From Bacillales bacterium UBA1744 (GTDB lineage: Bacteria > Bacillota_I > Bacilli_A > RFN20 > CAG-826), in contig DCHU01000026.1 of the NCBI GenBank assembly GCA_002314915.1, positions 6,101 through 70,100 on the forward strand: a stretch of DNA of 64,000 nucleotides, given 5' to 3'. The notes under the pieces were generated by a model. It had not been told where the DNA came from. It searched no databases and worked only from the letters and a program-made list of their open reading frames with translations. Below are positions 28,842-39,290 of the stretch, one piece after another (position 1 is the first letter of the stretch; each line of letters starts with the position of its first letter). The translations under genes and the position numbers were made by a program.

Positions 28842-29492
28842 TTAGCGCACCTTCAAGAGAGTTGTTAACTCTACTTTGAGACTTGCTGCATCGACGTTGC
28901 CGTCGAAGGTAGCAAGTATACCCTTTTCTTGATAGAAATCAAGTAAAGGAGCGGTACTCTTATAATAATTTTCGAGACGGACTTTGAATGATGCTTCATT
29001 GTCGTCTTTTCTCTGGATCAATGCGCTGCCGCATTCATCGCAGATACCCTCAACTTTTGGCTTCGCTGTGTTAACGTTGAAGCTTGCGCCGCATTTAGGG
29101 CAGACACGGCGTCCAGCGATACGGCTGATGAGAACTTCGTCAGGGCATGAGATGTTAAGAACGAGGTTTGCACCGATTCCTAATTCATCGCCCATCTTAG
29201 CGAATGCCTCTGCCTGTGGGATTGTGCGTGGGAATCCATCTAAGAGATATCCGTTTGCGCAATCAGGCTTTGATAAACGCTCTTTGACGAGGGCACATGT
29301 TAAATCATCGCTAACAAGGCCACCAGCGTTGATGACGTCCTTGATCTTGTTTCCAAGTTCAGAGCCTGAGGACATAGCCTCACGGAACATGTCACCTGTT
29401 GAGATGTGTGGGATGTTGAAGTCCTTTGCGATCCAGACAGCGTGAGTTCCTTTACCCGCTCCTGGAGGGCCCATAAGAATGATGTTAAGCAT
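28842..29492 (-). CDS. adk: Adenylate kinase
   Basis: It has the P-loop GPPGAGKGT and a Zn-lid (CxxC...CxxC). Confidence 0.95.
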   Translation of the reverse strand: MLNIILMGPPGAGKGTHAVWIAKDFNIPHISTGDMFREAMSSGSELGNKIKDVINAGGLVSDDLTCALVKERLSKPDCANGYLLDGFPRTIPQAEAFAKMGDELGIGANLVLNISCPDEVLISRIAGRRVCPKCGASFNVNTAKPKVEGICDECGSALIQRKDDNEASFKVRLENYYKSTAPLLDFYQEKGILATFDGNVDAASLKVELTTLLKVR

Positions 29493-29495
29493 GTA

Positions 29496-30854
29496 TTAAA
29501 TTCCTCCCTGTGTTTGTTCGAAGCTCTTGCCGGCGAGAAGACCGTCGATCTGGTTGTTAACTTCGAGTGCGACACCAACGATAATGATTAATCCTGTACC
29601 GCCGATAGCGAGTGAGGTGTCATTACCGAAGACATTTGTCCAAACAAGAACGATTGGAAGAGCTGAGATGAAGCAGAGAGCTGCTGCACCGATGAAGGTG
29701 ACGCGGTTCAATACTTTACCAACATATCTTTCGGTCTCTTTACCTGGACGGATGCCAGGGATATAAGATCCGTTCTTCTGGAAATTGTCAGCGAGTGTTG
29801 CAGGATCGATTGTCATCTCTGCATAGAAGAATGTGAAGGCGATGATGAGAGCTAAGTAGATAAATAAGCCCCAGTTCATCTCCCAGTGTGTGCCATCGAA
29901 CCATGGCATTGTGAATGTGGAGTTGTAGTTGAATATCTTTAACCAACCTGCATTAGCGGCATCTGCTGAGATAAAGCTCGCAACAATTGATGGTGCCGAT
30001 AAGATTGAGGAGGCGAAGATGACCGGAATAACTCCGGCGCTATTGATCTTGATAGGCAAGAACGAGGCGCGTGCCATAGAGGCGGAGCTGCCACCCTTTC
30101 CTGCATGCTGGACAGGGATCTTTCTCTTTGAGAGTTCGACGAAGACGACGAATCCGATGATGAAGACCATTGCCAAGATGTAGAGTGCGAACTGGAATGC
30201 ACCTTTGATCATTTCGCTTGAGCCGTGTGCGACGTTGTTTGTGATCCACTTTGACCACGCAGTTGTTAACTGTGTTGGGATGGATCTGACGCATCCGGCG
30301 AAGATGATGACAGAGATACCGTTACCGATACCCTTTTCGGTGATCTGGTCACCTAACCACATTGTGAGCATAGCTCCTGCGAGGAGAATGGTGACGATGT
30401 AGGCATATGTCCAGAAATTTCCGTCCATTGTAAGGGAAATATACGAGCTGTTCTCCATTGTCTTGATGATACCGTAGCCCTGAACCGCTCCTAAAAGGAG
30501 AGTGAGGTATCTGGTGGACATTTCGATCTTTTTACGGCCGTATTCGCCCTGCTTTGATAATTCAGTCAATGCAGGTAAAACGTCCTTGGAGAGAAGCTGA
30601 ATGATAATCTGGCCTGTGATGTATGGCGAGACTCCGAGTGCGAAGATGGAGAAGTTCGATAGTGCTCCACCTCCGAGTAAGTCCATGATAGCTAACGCAG
30701 ATCCACTCTGAGTCAATTGAGACTTCAAGTTTGCTGCGTTAACGCCTGGAACTGTAATGGCCGCCCCGATCCTGATGACAAAGAGAATCATGACCGTGAA
30801 GAAAATACGGTTGACGATTTCTTTGTTTTTGAAGATCGAGACGAATTTTTTCAT
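29496..30854 (-). CDS. secY: Preprotein translocase subunit SecY
   Basis: 452 aa with 10 TM helices and full-length SecY similarity. Confidence 0.95.
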   Translation of the reverse strand: MKKFVSIFKNKEIVNRIFFTVMILFVIRIGAAITVPGVNAANLKSQLTQSGSALAIMDLLGGGALSNFSIFALGVSPYITGQIIIQLLSKDVLPALTELSKQGEYGRKKIEMSTRYLTLLLGAVQGYGIIKTMENSSYISLTMDGNFWTYAYIVTILLAGAMLTMWLGDQITEKGIGNGISVIIFAGCVRSIPTQLTTAWSKWITNNVAHGSSEMIKGAFQFALYILAMVFIIGFVVFVELSKRKIPVQHAGKGGSSASMARASFLPIKINSAGVIPVIFASSILSAPSIVASFISADAANAGWLKIFNYNSTFTMPWFDGTHWEMNWGLFIYLALIIAFTFFYAEMTIDPATLADNFQKNGSYIPGIRPGKETERYVGKVLNRVTFIGAAALCFISALPIVLVWTNVFGNDTSLAIGGTGLIIIVGVALEVNNQIDGLLAGKSFEQTQGGI

Positions 30855-31300
30855 TACTTAATTACCTCAGTTGTGCCGCCCTTTGCAGCGATAGCTTCTG
30901 CTGCTGATTTAGAGAAAGCGTGAGCCTTGACAGTGATGCTCTTTTCGAGTGTACCACTTCCGAGGACCTTAATTCCATCTAAAGCGTCTTTGATGATACC
31001 AGATTCGATTAAGAGCTCTGGTGTGACGACTGCACCTTCCTCGAACTTGTTGAGGACTGTGAGGTTGACGACTGCGTATGTCTTCTTGTTGATGTTCTTG
31101 AAGCCATACTTAGGAAGTCTACGAGCTAAAGGCATCTGACCACCCTCGAAGCCGTGCTTCTTGGTGTGTGCGTGAGCGCCCTGGCCCTTCTGACCCTTAC
31201 CAGCGGTCTTTCCGTTACCGGTGCCGCGGCCCTGGCCTTTGCGGAAGTGTTCCTTTTTGGAACCTTCAACGACGACTAAATTTGTTAAGGATGTAGCCAT
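30854..31300 (-). CDS. rplO: 50S ribosomal protein L15
   Basis: 148 aa with a Gly/Lys-rich N-terminus. Confidence 0.93.
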   Translation of the reverse strand: MATSLTNLVVVEGSKKEHFRKGQGRGTGNGKTAGKGQKGQGAHAHTKKHGFEGGQMPLARRLPKYGFKNINKKTYAVVNLTVLNKFEEGAVVTPELLIESGIIKDALDGIKVLGSGTLEKSITVKAHAFSKSAAEAIAAKGGTTEVIK

Positions 31301-31302
31301 TT

Positions 31303-31962
31303 TTATTTGCCTCCTTTAGTTTCGATACCACGAAGAGCTAAGACTTTCTCTTTGTTCTTGAGGTCCTGTAAGCCAGCGTGTGTAGCACGGATGACGTTGA
31401 TAGCTGTACGTGAGCCATAAACCTTTGAGACAACGTTCTTGATGCCGCAGAGTTCGAGGACAGCACGGACTGCGCCGCCAGCGACGATTCCTGTACCTTC
31501 AGGTGCTGGTTTGAGGAAGACACGGGTCTTACCGAAGACGCCCCAAACTTCGTGAGCAATTGTTCCGCCCTTGACGATCTTGATGCCATAGGTCTTCTTC
31601 TTTGCTGCAGTAAGGGACTTTTTGATTGCGTCTGGAACTTCGACTGACTTAGCAAGTCCGAAGCCGTAGTGTCCTTTGCCATCACCGACAACGGTGAGAG
31701 CGTCGAAACGCATGTGCTTACCACCTTTTGTTGTGGTTGAGATTCTGTTGATGTTTACAACACGATCTGTGAATTCATCTTCTTCACGTCTGAAGCCGCC
31801 ACGGCCGCCACGTCTTTCACCTGGACGTCCTTTGCCTGCAAACTTACGTGATCCAGGACGCTCAGCGGATCTTGATCCCTGAGGGTCTCTGTTTGGGTTG
31901 CCAGTAGGATTGGACTTCTTTTCTTCTGCTGGAGCAGCAACGACAGTTTTATTTTCTTCCAT
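31303..31962 (-). CDS. rpsE: 30S ribosomal protein S5 with an approximately 50-aa R/G/E-rich N-terminal extension
   Basis: The start was trimmed to MEENKTVV, which has a GGAGAAATTAACA RBS. The longer ORF in the track overlaps rplR by 160 nt. The core reads [29 protein letters not shown]. Confidence 0.85.
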   Translation of the reverse strand: MEENKTVVAAPAEEKKSNPTGNPNRDPQGSRSAERPGSRKFAGKGRPGERRGGRGGFRREEDEFTDRVVNINRISTTTKGGKHMRFDALTVVGDGKGHYGFGLAKSVEVPDAIKKSLTAAKKKTYGIKIVKGGTIAHEVWGVFGKTRVFLKPAPEGTGIVAGGAVRAVLELCGIKNVVSKVYGSRTAINVIRATHAGLQDLKNKEKVLALRGIETKGGK

Positions 31963-31975
31963 TGTTAATTTCTCC

Positions 31976-32332
31976 TTAGAACTGGAGTCCTCCTTCTCTT
32001 GCGCCATCAGCGAGAGCCTGGACACGTCCGTGATAGACATATCCGCCTCTGTCGAAGACGACTTTTGAAATGCCAGCTGCAAGAGCCTTCTTTGCAAGGT
32101 CTTCGCCGACTTTAGCAGCAGCTTCGCAGTTGCCACCGTTTGTTAACTTGAGCTGTGTTGATGAGCTGGATGCTAATGTAACACCCTTAACGTCATCAAT
32201 GATCTGAGCTTCAATGTTCTTGTTTGAGCGGAAGACGACAAGGCGTGGCATTTCTGCTGTGCCATTGACTCTTTCGCGAACACGAGCGTGTCTTCTCTGA
32301 CGAACGCTATTTCTGGATTCTCTCTGAATCAT
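31976..32332 (-). CDS. rplR: 50S ribosomal protein L18
   Basis: 118 aa. Confidence 0.93.
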   Translation of the reverse strand: MIQRESRNSVRQRRHARVRERVNGTAEMPRLVVFRSNKNIEAQIIDDVKGVTLASSSSTQLKLTNGGNCEAAAKVGEDLAKKALAAGISKVVFDRGGYVYHGRVQALADGAREGGLQF

Positions 32333-32347
32333 TTGTCTATCCTCCTA

Positions 32348-32908
32348 TTACTTCTTACCGGAAGCAGCACGCTTACCGACCTTCTTGATCATCTTCTGAC
32401 CGACATAGTGGACGCCCTTGTTGCCGTAGACGTCTGGTCTGTGTGCATCATAGATGCTTGCAGCTGTCTGGCCGACATCTTCTTTTGAGCAGCCTTCAAC
32501 TGTGATGTGTGTTTCATCCTTGCAGGTGATCTTTGTGTATTTTCCGATTGGCTTTCTTTCGACCATGTGGGAGTAACCAAGGAACATAGTGACTGTGTCA
32601 CCCTTCATAGATGCACGGTAACCTGTACCTGCGATCTCGAGTTCCTTCTTCCAACCTTCTGAAACGCCTTTGACTGCGTTTGTGAGGTTAGCTGCTGTTG
32701 TTCCGTGATCTTTCTGAGCCTGTCTCATGTTGTTCTCGTTAGCATTTAAATTAACATGAGCGACGCCATCAGCTACCTCGACGCTGACGTCCGATGGGAT
32801 GTGGACGCTTACTTCGCCTTTGGAGCCTTTAACGATGGCAACGTTACCATTTACTTCAAGAGTAACGCCTGCTGGAAGAGCGATGGGTTTCAATCCAATT
32901 CTTGACAT
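32348..32908 (-). CDS. rplF: 50S ribosomal protein L6
   Basis: 186 aa. Confidence 0.93.
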   Translation of the reverse strand: MSRIGLKPIALPAGVTLEVNGNVAIVKGSKGEVSVHIPSDVSVEVADGVAHVNLNANENNMRQAQKDHGTTAANLTNAVKGVSEGWKKELEIAGTGYRASMKGDTVTMFLGYSHMVERKPIGKYTKITCKDETHITVEGCSKEDVGQTAASIYDAHRPDVYGNKGVHYVGQKMIKKVGKRAASGKK

Positions 32909-32931
32909 AAAATCTCTTCTCCTAAATTAAA

Positions 32932-33327
32932 TTACCAAACATAGCAGAGGATTTCGCCGCCGACTCCAGCCTTGCGAGCTTCTGAGTCAGTGAGGATGCC
33001 CTTGCTTGTTGAAACGATAGCGATGCCTAAGCCCTTAAGAACCTTTGGAAGCTTTTCGCATTCGACGTGGATTCTAAGACCTGGCTTTGAAATCTTCTTT
33101 AAACCTGAGATTACGCGCTCGCCATTTGCGCCGTACTTGAGGTTGACTGTGAGGGTCTTCTTGACACCTTCACCTTCGATTGTGAATTCGCTGATGTAGC
33201 CTTCCTTCTTGAGGATGCGTGCGATTTCAGCTTTCATTTTGCTGTTAGGCATGGAAACAGTCTCGTAGCGAAGTGCGTTAGCATTTCTGATACGTGTTAA
33301 CATGTCTGCGATTGGATCTGCGTTCAT
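32932..33327 (-). CDS. rpsH: 30S ribosomal protein S8
   Basis: The start was trimmed to [16 protein letters not shown], which is the canonical S8 N-terminus. Confidence 0.9.
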   Translation of the reverse strand: MNADPIADMLTRIRNANALRYETVSMPNSKMKAEIARILKKEGYISEFTIEGEGVKKTLTVNLKYGANGERVISGLKKISKPGLRIHVECEKLPKVLKGLGIAIVSTSKGILTDSEARKAGVGGEILCYVW

Positions 33328-33347
33328 TTTTCTGTCTCCTTCCTTAA

Positions 33348-33533
33348 TTACCAGCTTGCTTTCTTCATGCCTGGAATTTCGCCCTTGTAAGCTAATTCTC
33401 TTAAGCAGATACGGCATACTCCGAATTTGGAGAGAACGCCGTGAACTCTGCCGCAGCGTGAGCAGCGTGAGTATTCTCTAACTTTGAATTTCTGAGGTCT
33501 GGACTGCTTGACCTTTAATGATGTTTTAGCCAT
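33348..33533 (-). CDS. rpsN: 30S ribosomal protein S14 type Z (zinc-binding)
   Basis: 61 aa with CSRCGR...CRIC. Confidence 0.93.
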   Translation of the reverse strand: MAKTSLKVKQSRPQKFKVREYSRCSRCGRVHGVLSKFGVCRICLRELAYKGEIPGMKKASW

Positions 33534-33547
33534 TGTTCTAGATCTCC

Positions 33548-34093
33548 TTATTTCTTGAATGGCATACCGAGCATTTCTAATAATGCGTATGCTTCTTCGT
33601 CTGTGTTAGCGGTTGTGACGATGACAACGTCCATACCACGAACCTTTGCAACCTTATCGTAGTCGATTTCAGGATAGATTAACTGTTCCTTAACACCGAG
33701 TGTGTAGTTGCCGTGTCCGTCGAATGCGTTCTTTGAAACGCCACGGAAGTCTCTGACGCGTGGGAGAGAGATTGAGACGAGCTTATCGTAGAACTCGTAC
33801 ATTCTTTCGCCACGGAGAGTGACCTTGCAGCCGATTGCCTGGCCTTCACGAAGTTTGAAGGTAGCGATTGACTTCTTTGCTTTTGTAACGACTGGCTTCT
33901 GACCAGCAATGATTGTTAAGTCATTGACTGCGTCTTCGAGAGCCTTTGCGTTCTGAGTTGCATCTCCAACGCCCATATTGATGACGATCTTAACGATTTT
34001 TGGAGCCTGCATTGGGGTTGTGTAGCCGAACTTCTTAACGAGAGCAGGAACTACTTCATTCTTGTAATAGGTTTTGACTCTATTTTCTGCCAT
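33548..34093 (-). CDS. rplE: 50S ribosomal protein L5
   Basis: 181 aa. Confidence 0.95.
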   Translation of the reverse strand: MAENRVKTYYKNEVVPALVKKFGYTTPMQAPKIVKIVINMGVGDATQNAKALEDAVNDLTIIAGQKPVVTKAKKSIATFKLREGQAIGCKVTLRGERMYEFYDKLVSISLPRVRDFRGVSKNAFDGHGNYTLGVKEQLIYPEIDYDKVAKVRGMDVVIVTTANTDEEAYALLEMLGMPFKK

Positions 34094-34109
34094 TTTTCAT
34101 TCCTCCTAA

Positions 34110-34418
34110 TTATTTCTGTTCGAGAGACTCGCCTTTTGCGTTAACGCGAATCTTCTTTCCGTCGACGACCTTGTGGTGGACGCGGGTAGCTTTCTTTGTT
34201 TTTGGATCAAGGAGAGCGACGTTTGATGCGTCGATTGGGCAATACATGTCTAAGACTGTGCCTTCGCCGCCATTCTGGCCCTTCTTGTGCTTCTTGTGGA
34301 CATTGACGCCCTCAACAACGACCTTATTGAGCTTTGGGAATGCCTTCTGGACGATTCCAACTTTGCCCTTGTCGCTTCCGGAGAGGACGATGACTTTATC
34401 ACCAGTTTTGATGTTCAT
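34110..34418 (-). CDS. rplX: 50S ribosomal protein L24
   Basis: 102 aa with a KOW motif. Confidence 0.93.
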   Translation of the reverse strand: MNIKTGDKVIVLSGSDKGKVGIVQKAFPKLNKVVVEGVNVHKKHKKGQNGGEGTVLDMYCPIDASNVALLDPKTKKATRVHHKVVDGKKIRVNAKGESLEQK

Positions 34419-34434
34419 TTCCTATTCCTCCTGA

Positions 34435-34803
34435 TTATAAGACCTCTGGTGCAAGGGAGATGATCTTCATGTAACCCTTGTCACGGAGTTCGCGGGCAAC
34501 TGGTCCGAAGACACGTGTGCCAACTGGATTTCCTTCGCCGTCGATGATGACAACTGCGTTGTCGTCGAATGCGATGCAGGATCCGTCTTTACGAGCTACT
34601 GCACGCTTTGTGCGGACGATAACTGCGTGGACGACCTGTCCTTTTTTGACCTTACCACTTGGGATAGCGTCCTTGACTGCGCAGAGAACGACATCACCGA
34701 TTGTGGATGATTTCTTGTGGGAACCACCATACTGGTGGAAGATGCGAACTAACTTCGCACCGGAGTTGTCTGCTACGACAAGATTTGACTCATTCTGAAC
34801 CAT
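34435..34803 (-). CDS. rplN: 50S ribosomal protein L14
   Basis: 122 aa. The N-terminus reads [17 protein letters not shown]. Confidence 0.95.
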   Translation of the reverse strand: MVQNESNLVVADNSGAKLVRIFHQYGGSHKKSSTIGDVVLCAVKDAIPSGKVKKGQVVHAVIVRTKRAVARKDGSCIAFDDNAVVIIDGEGNPVGTRVFGPVARELRDKGYMKIISLAPEVL

Positions 34804-34806
34804 AGC

Positions 34807-35112
34807 TTATTCTCCTTCCTTTGCTTCGAGAGCAGCTTCAACTGCTGCGACATCGTCTGTAACGGCCTTCTGGTCGATGCTGACTAATCTGAATCTCTTT
34901 AATTTTGAGAGCGGACGGCAGCCAGCGATTGTGACGACGTCACCAAGGTTAGCTTCGTTGTTCTCATCGTGTGCATAGTACTTCTTAGCGTACTTGACAC
35001 GCTTTGTGTAAAGGGGATCGTTTCTCTTTGTTGCGACTTCAACGATGATTGTCTTGTTCATCTTTGTTCCGACAACTGTTCCCTTGAAAGTGTTTCTTGT
35101 ATTTCTTTCCAT
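34807..35112 (-). CDS. rpsQ: 30S ribosomal protein S17
   Basis: 101 aa with a short acidic C-terminal extension. Confidence 0.9.
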   Translation of the reverse strand: MERNTRNTFKGTVVGTKMNKTIIVEVATKRNDPLYTKRVKYAKKYYAHDENNEANLGDVVTIAGCRPLSKLKRFRLVSIDQKAVTDDVAAVEAALEAKEGE

Positions 35113-35126
35113 GGTGATCTCCTTTC

Positions 35127-35327
35127 TTATCTTGCGATCTGAAGCTCTTTTTCACGCTTCACTGTTTCTGCTCTAGCGATATCCTTACGGACATTGTGGA
35201 GCTCGTTTGGTGTTTCGAGGGTGCCAACTGCTGCTTTCTGCTGGAGGTCGAACTGCTTCTGGTGAAGTTCAGCGATTCTCTCATTGAGTTCAGCAATTGT
35301 GAGTTCTCTAAGTTCTTTAACTGTCAT
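35127..35327 (-). CDS. rpmC: 50S ribosomal protein L29
   Basis: 66 aa. Confidence 0.9.
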   Translation of the reverse strand: MTVKELRELTIAELNERIAELHQKQFDLQQKAAVGTLETPNELHNVRKDIARAETVKREKELQIAR

Positions 35328-35330
35328 GGC

Positions 35331-35741
35331 TTAGTCCTCCTTTCCAACAACTTTGCAGTTGATTGGAAGCTTGAAGGCTGCCTGTCTTAATGCGTTCTTT
35401 GCGATTTCGTCTGCGACTCCATCGATTTCGAATAAGATGCGGCCTTTCTTAACGACTGCTACCCATCCTTCTGGGGATCCTTTACCAGAACCCATTCGGA
35501 CTTCAGCAGGCTTCTTTGTTTTAGCAAGGTGAGGGAAGATTCTGATCCAAATCTTTCCTGCACGGTCTGTATATCTTGATAAGACCTTACGAGCTGCTTC
35601 GATCTGATGATCGGTGATGTATGTGCCTTCTTCAGCCTGGAGACCCCACTTACCAAATGCAACTGTGTTGCCCTTGGTTGCGATGCCTTCATAGCTTAAT
35701 CCATGAGGACGGCGATACTTAACACGCTTTGGCTGTAACAT
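35331..35741 (-). CDS. rplP: 50S ribosomal protein L16
   Basis: 136 aa. The N-terminus reads [11 protein letters not shown]. Confidence 0.95.
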   Translation of the reverse strand: MLQPKRVKYRRPHGLSYEGIATKGNTVAFGKWGLQAEEGTYITDHQIEAARKVLSRYTDRAGKIWIRIFPHLAKTKKPAEVRMGSGKGSPEGWVAVVKKGRILFEIDGVADEIAKNALRQAAFKLPINCKVVGKED

Positions 35742-36424
35742 TATCTTTTTCCTCCCTCTGGCTTAGCTGGTTTCTTGACCAAGCTCTTGTTTGTTGATCT
35801 GCAGATCCAGACCTTGACGCCGATGCGTCCGTACTCAGTAGCTGCTGGAACTGCTGCGTAGTCGATGTCTGCACGATAGGTCTCGAGTGGGACGACGCCC
35901 TCTTTGTAACCTTCACGTCTAGCGATTTCAGCACCGCCTAAACGTCCCTGGCACTGGGTCTTGCAACCTTCTGCGCCAGCTTTTCTCATTCTCTGAAGAG
36001 CTTTCTTCTGAGTTGATCTGAATGACTGTCTGTTCTCAAGTTCAGATGCGATCCACTTTGCAATTAATGTTGCATCGAGATCTGGGTCCTTAACCTCAAC
36101 AACTTTGAGGGCGACTTCACCTGTCTTGACGACTTTCTTAAGAGCTGCAACTGCTGCATTGACGTTTGTGTCATCCTGTCCGAGGAATGCGCCTGGACGT
36201 GCAACATATGCGACGACTGAGACGTTTGCGCCTTTGTCGTTCTTTGTTCTTGCGATGTCGATGTGTGAGACCATAGCGACTTTGAGCATTGGCTCTAATG
36301 TGCTACGGATTTTGATATCTTCGTTAAGGAACTTTGCGAAGTCCTGATTGGAAGCATACCAGCTAGCGTTCCAACCACGGTTGACGCCAACTCTAAGACC
36401 TACTGGATTAACTTTCTGTCCCAT
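35741..36424 (-). CDS. rpsC: 30S ribosomal protein S3
   Basis: 227 aa with a KH domain. Confidence 0.95.
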   Translation of the reverse strand: MGQKVNPVGLRVGVNRGWNASWYASNQDFAKFLNEDIKIRSTLEPMLKVAMVSHIDIARTKNDKGANVSVVAYVARPGAFLGQDDTNVNAAVAALKKVVKTGEVALKVVEVKDPDLDATLIAKWIASELENRQSFRSTQKKALQRMRKAGAEGCKTQCQGRLGGAEIARREGYKEGVVPLETYRADIDYAAVPAATEYGRIGVKVWICRSTNKSLVKKPAKPEGGKR

Positions 36425-36436
36425 TGTGTTTCCTCC

Positions 36437-37087
36437 TTACTTTCTTTCCTTAACTGTTACGCGGATGTGCGCGCTTCTCTTTACTAATCCTGAAGAAGAT
36501 CCTTTACCTCTTGGCATGAATCTCTTCATCTTGATGCCGTCTCCAACCTGGATTTCTGCAACGTAGAGCTTGTCTGCGTTGAGGTGGAAGTTGTGAGTTG
36601 CATCTGCTGCTGCAGCCTTGATGACCTTTGCAACTGGCTCGCTTGCTGCCTTGTTGACATTTGCGAGGATTGCGAGTGCTTCATCAACGTCCTTGCCTCT
36701 GACGATGTCAGCGACTAAGCGGACTTTACGAGGAGTGACTCTGACGTCTTTAGCGACAGATGTTGCCTCTGTGACTGCTGGTTTAGCAGGCTTAACTGGC
36801 TCAGCCTTGACTTCTGCCTTTGGAGCAGCCTTCTTAGCTGGAGCTTTCTTTGCAGCTGGCTTCTTTGCAGCTGGTTTTTCTTCGACAACTGCTGGAGCAG
36901 CTTCTTCAACGACCTCTGCCTTTGGAGCAGCTTTCTTTGCTGGAGCTTTCTTAGCTGTTGATGTTGTCTTCTTAGCAGCTGTTGAAGTTGTTGACTTCTT
37001 TGCAGCAGCTTTCTTAGGAGCAGCCTTCTTAGCAGCTGTTTCTTCTGTTGCTTCTGCAGCGACAGCTTTCTTCTTTGTTTCTGCCAT
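36437..37087 (-). CDS. rplV: 50S ribosomal protein L22 with an approximately 100-aa Ala/Lys/Pro-rich (histone H1-like) N-terminal extension
   Basis: The L22 core (VRVTPRKVRLVADIVRGKDVDEALAIL...) is preceded by KKAAPKKAAAKK-type repeats. The ATG at 37087 has a strong AAGGAG RBS. There is no internal start codon before the core. Confidence 0.85.
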   Translation of the reverse strand: MAETKKKAVAAEATEETAAKKAAPKKAAAKKSTTSTAAKKTTSTAKKAPAKKAAPKAEVVEEAAPAVVEEKPAAKKPAAKKAPAKKAAPKAEVKAEPVKPAKPAVTEATSVAKDVRVTPRKVRLVADIVRGKDVDEALAILANVNKAASEPVAKVIKAAAADATHNFHLNADKLYVAEIQVGDGIKMKRFMPRGKGSSSGLVKRSAHIRVTVKERK

Positions 37088-37099
37088 CTTGTTTACTCC

Positions 37100-37384
37100 T
37101 TATCTCTTGCCCTTGTCACCAGCGTTGTTGCCGTGGTGTCCAGGGAAGTTTCTTGTAGGTGCGAATTCACCTAACTTGTGGCCGACCATATCTTCTGTGA
37201 CATAGACGGTGATATGTTCCTTGCCGTTATAAACAGCGAAGGTGTGTTCGACGAATGCTGGATAGATGGTCGAACGGCGTGACCATGTTTTGATGATCTC
37301 TTTCTTTCCTGCCTTATCGAGAGCGTCAACCTTCTTTAAGAGGTATGCGTCTACGAATGGTCCCTTTTTGCTAGAACGTGACAT
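37100..37384 (-). CDS. rpsS: 30S ribosomal protein S19
   Basis: 94 aa. Confidence 0.95.
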   Translation of the reverse strand: MSRSSKKGPFVDAYLLKKVDALDKAGKKEIIKTWSRRSTIYPAFVEHTFAVYNGKEHITVYVTEDMVGHKLGEFAPTRNFPGHHGNNAGDKGKR

Positions 37385-37401
37385 AGTTCGATCTCCTTTC
37401 C

Positions 37402-38235
37402 TTATTTGCCATTTCTACGTCTCACGATGAGCTTTGTAGAATGCTGTTTGTTGCGACGGGTCTTAACGCCCATTGCTTTCTTACCCCATGGGGTGCGTGG
37501 TGCATCACGTCCGACTGGACACTTACCTTCACCACCACCGTGAGGGTGGTCGCATGGGTTCATTGCTGAACCACGGACTGTTGGTCTGACACCCATGTGT
37601 CTGACTTTACCGGATTTACCGATGTTGACTAAGCTGTAGTCTTCGTTTCCGACTGAGCCGATTGTTGCACGGCAGACGCCGAGAACTTTTCTCATTTCGC
37701 CTGAAGCGAGTCTTAACATGACGTACTTGCCTTCTGAACCAAGGACCTGAGCACTTGTTCCAGCAGCACGGCACATCTGTCCGCCCTTGCCTGGCTTTAA
37801 TTCAATGTTGTGAACGACAGAACCATCTGGGATGTTTCTTAATTCGCAGCAGTTACCAGTTTTGATATCTGTTGCAGCGCCTGAGACGATCTTGTCTCCG
37901 ACCTTTAATCCTTTTGGAGCGAGGATGTAACGCTTCTCACCATCTGTATAGTTGACTAAGCAGATGAATGCTGTTCTGTTTGGATCGTATTCAAGTGTAG
38001 CGACTGTTCCGACGATTCCGTCTTTGTTACGCTTGAAATCGATGATTCTGTAGCGGTTCTTGTTGCCACCGCCGATGTGACGGCAGGTGATCTTTCCTGT
38101 ATTGTTGCGGCCGCCTGAGTGTTTCTTAGGTGCGAGCAATGACTTTTCAGGAGCTACTTTGGTTAATTCGCTATAATCCATTGTCGACATTGCGCGACGA
38201 GCTGGAGTATATGGGCGATAAGTTTTGATTGCCAT
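37402..38235 (-). CDS. rplB: 50S ribosomal protein L2
   Basis: 277 aa. Confidence 0.95.
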   Translation of the reverse strand: MAIKTYRPYTPARRAMSTMDYSELTKVAPEKSLLAPKKHSGGRNNTGKITCRHIGGGNKNRYRIIDFKRNKDGIVGTVATLEYDPNRTAFICLVNYTDGEKRYILAPKGLKVGDKIVSGAATDIKTGNCCELRNIPDGSVVHNIELKPGKGGQMCRAAGTSAQVLGSEGKYVMLRLASGEMRKVLGVCRATIGSVGNEDYSLVNIGKSGKVRHMGVRPTVRGSAMNPCDHPHGGGEGKCPVGRDAPRTPWGKKAMGVKTRRNKQHSTKLIVRRRNGK

Positions 38236-38290
38236 TTTATTTCTCCTATAGTGGATGCTTTATAAGTAATTGATACTTAACGGTGTTTCC

Positions 38291-38644
38291 TTACTCTTTG
38301 AAGAAGTCGACTGCGTTTCCTTCTGCGAGGGAGACGATTGCCTTCTTGTATCCGCCGACGAAGCCTTTATAACGGCCGCCGCGTGATTTCTCTTTTGCAT
38401 TGACTGTGACGATCTTGACGTCGACAACCTTTGCCTTGTAGAGACGCTCGAATGCGTCCTTGATCTCGATCTTGTTAGCAAGAGGAGCAACTTTGACGGT
38501 GACCTTGTTCTGGGCATCGAGAAGTGCATAGCTCTTTTCTGTGAAGATTGGAGCGAGGATGACTTCGTAATCGTGAGCTGTTGGAGCTGCGAATGCTGCC
38601 TTTGTCTCTGCGACTGGCTCTGCTTTGACTGCTTTCTTTGCCAT
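38291..38644 (-). CDS. rplW: 50S ribosomal protein L23 (short N-terminal extension)
   Basis: 117 aa. The core reads YEVILAPIFTEKS. Confidence 0.88.
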   Translation of the reverse strand: MAKKAVKAEPVAETKAAFAAPTAHDYEVILAPIFTEKSYALLDAQNKVTVKVAPLANKIEIKDAFERLYKAKVVDVKIVTVNAKEKSRGGRYKGFVGGYKKAIVSLAEGNAVDFFKE

Positions 38645-39285
38645 TATTTAAGTCCTCCTTCGATTGTTTTGACGTCTTCCTTAGCAACGACGATTACGTC
38701 TGCATATAAGACATCGTAGACGCTGACGTTGCCGAGGCCTAAGAGGGTAACGTTCTCGAGGTTTCCAGCTGAGTAGACGAAGTTGACGTCTCCTTCATTG
38801 TAAACGACTGAGATCTTGCCTTCTGCCTTGATTGCGCTTAATGCTGCAACGACAGACTTTGTTGAGATTGCGTCGAGAGCGAGTGAATCGACGACGATTA
38901 ACTTCTTCTCTGCAACCTTCTGTGATAAGACGGTCTTCATCGCGAGTGCGTGAGCTTTCTTATTTTGAGAGACGGTGTAGTTCTGGTTGCCGTCTGGTCC
39001 GAAGACCTTACCACCGCCAACCCAGATTGGGGAACGGCTGGAACCAGCTCTAGCACGACCTGTGCCTTTCTGTCTCCATGGCTTCTTGCCACCACCACTT
39101 ACTTCGTGGCGCTTTTTTGTTTTTGCAGTTGCCTGACGAGCGTTTGCTAACTGAGCAACGACTGCATCGTGGACTGGCTGCTCATTTGCATCGGTAACAC
39201 CGAATACAGATGCTGAGACCTTGATGTCTCCGACTTTTTCTCCAGCGAGGGAAACGACTGGAAGAGTGATTTTCTTATCTGCCAT
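38644..39285 (-). CDS. rplD: 50S ribosomal protein L4
   Basis: 213 aa. Confidence 0.93.
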   Translation of the reverse strand: MADKKITLPVVSLAGEKVGDIKVSASVFGVTDANEQPVHDAVVAQLANARQATAKTKKRHEVSGGGKKPWRQKGTGRARAGSSRSPIWVGGGKVFGPDGNQNYTVSQNKKAHALAMKTVLSQKVAEKKLIVVDSLALDAISTKSVVAALSAIKAEGKISVVYNEGDVNFVYSAGNLENVTLLGLGNVSVYDVLYADVIVVAKEDVKTIEGGLK

Positions 39286-39290
39286 TTTCG

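Noticed and set aside
31338-31724. 128-aa alternative-frame ORF inside rpsE, and similar nested ORFs such as 39430..39681, 35459..35692 and 33679..33909
   Set aside because: They are out-of-frame overlaps within highly conserved ribosomal protein genes, with no independent support.
31303-32136. 277-aa form of rpsE. Also the long N-terminal forms of rpsH, rpsJ, queH, the GH3 and the 284-aa lipoprotein given in the ORF track
   Set aside because: The upstream extensions overlap preceding genes or lack an RBS. Internal Met codons with good SD sequences match canonical N-termini: MEENKTVV for S5, [10 protein letters not shown] for S8, [11 protein letters not shown] for S10, MEKIKNFF for the GH3 and MKAKLLLL for the lipoprotein.
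36618-37205. 195-aa plus-strand ORF rich in Ala, Gly and Phe, antisense to rplV
   Set aside because: It is the reverse-complement reading of the AKP-rich L22 extension (GCN and AAR codons read antisense). It has no RBS, and its low complexity is an artefact of the sense strand. The many other 60-130-aa ORFs antisense to ribosomal, rpoB, rpoC and secY genes in the track are likewise spurious.
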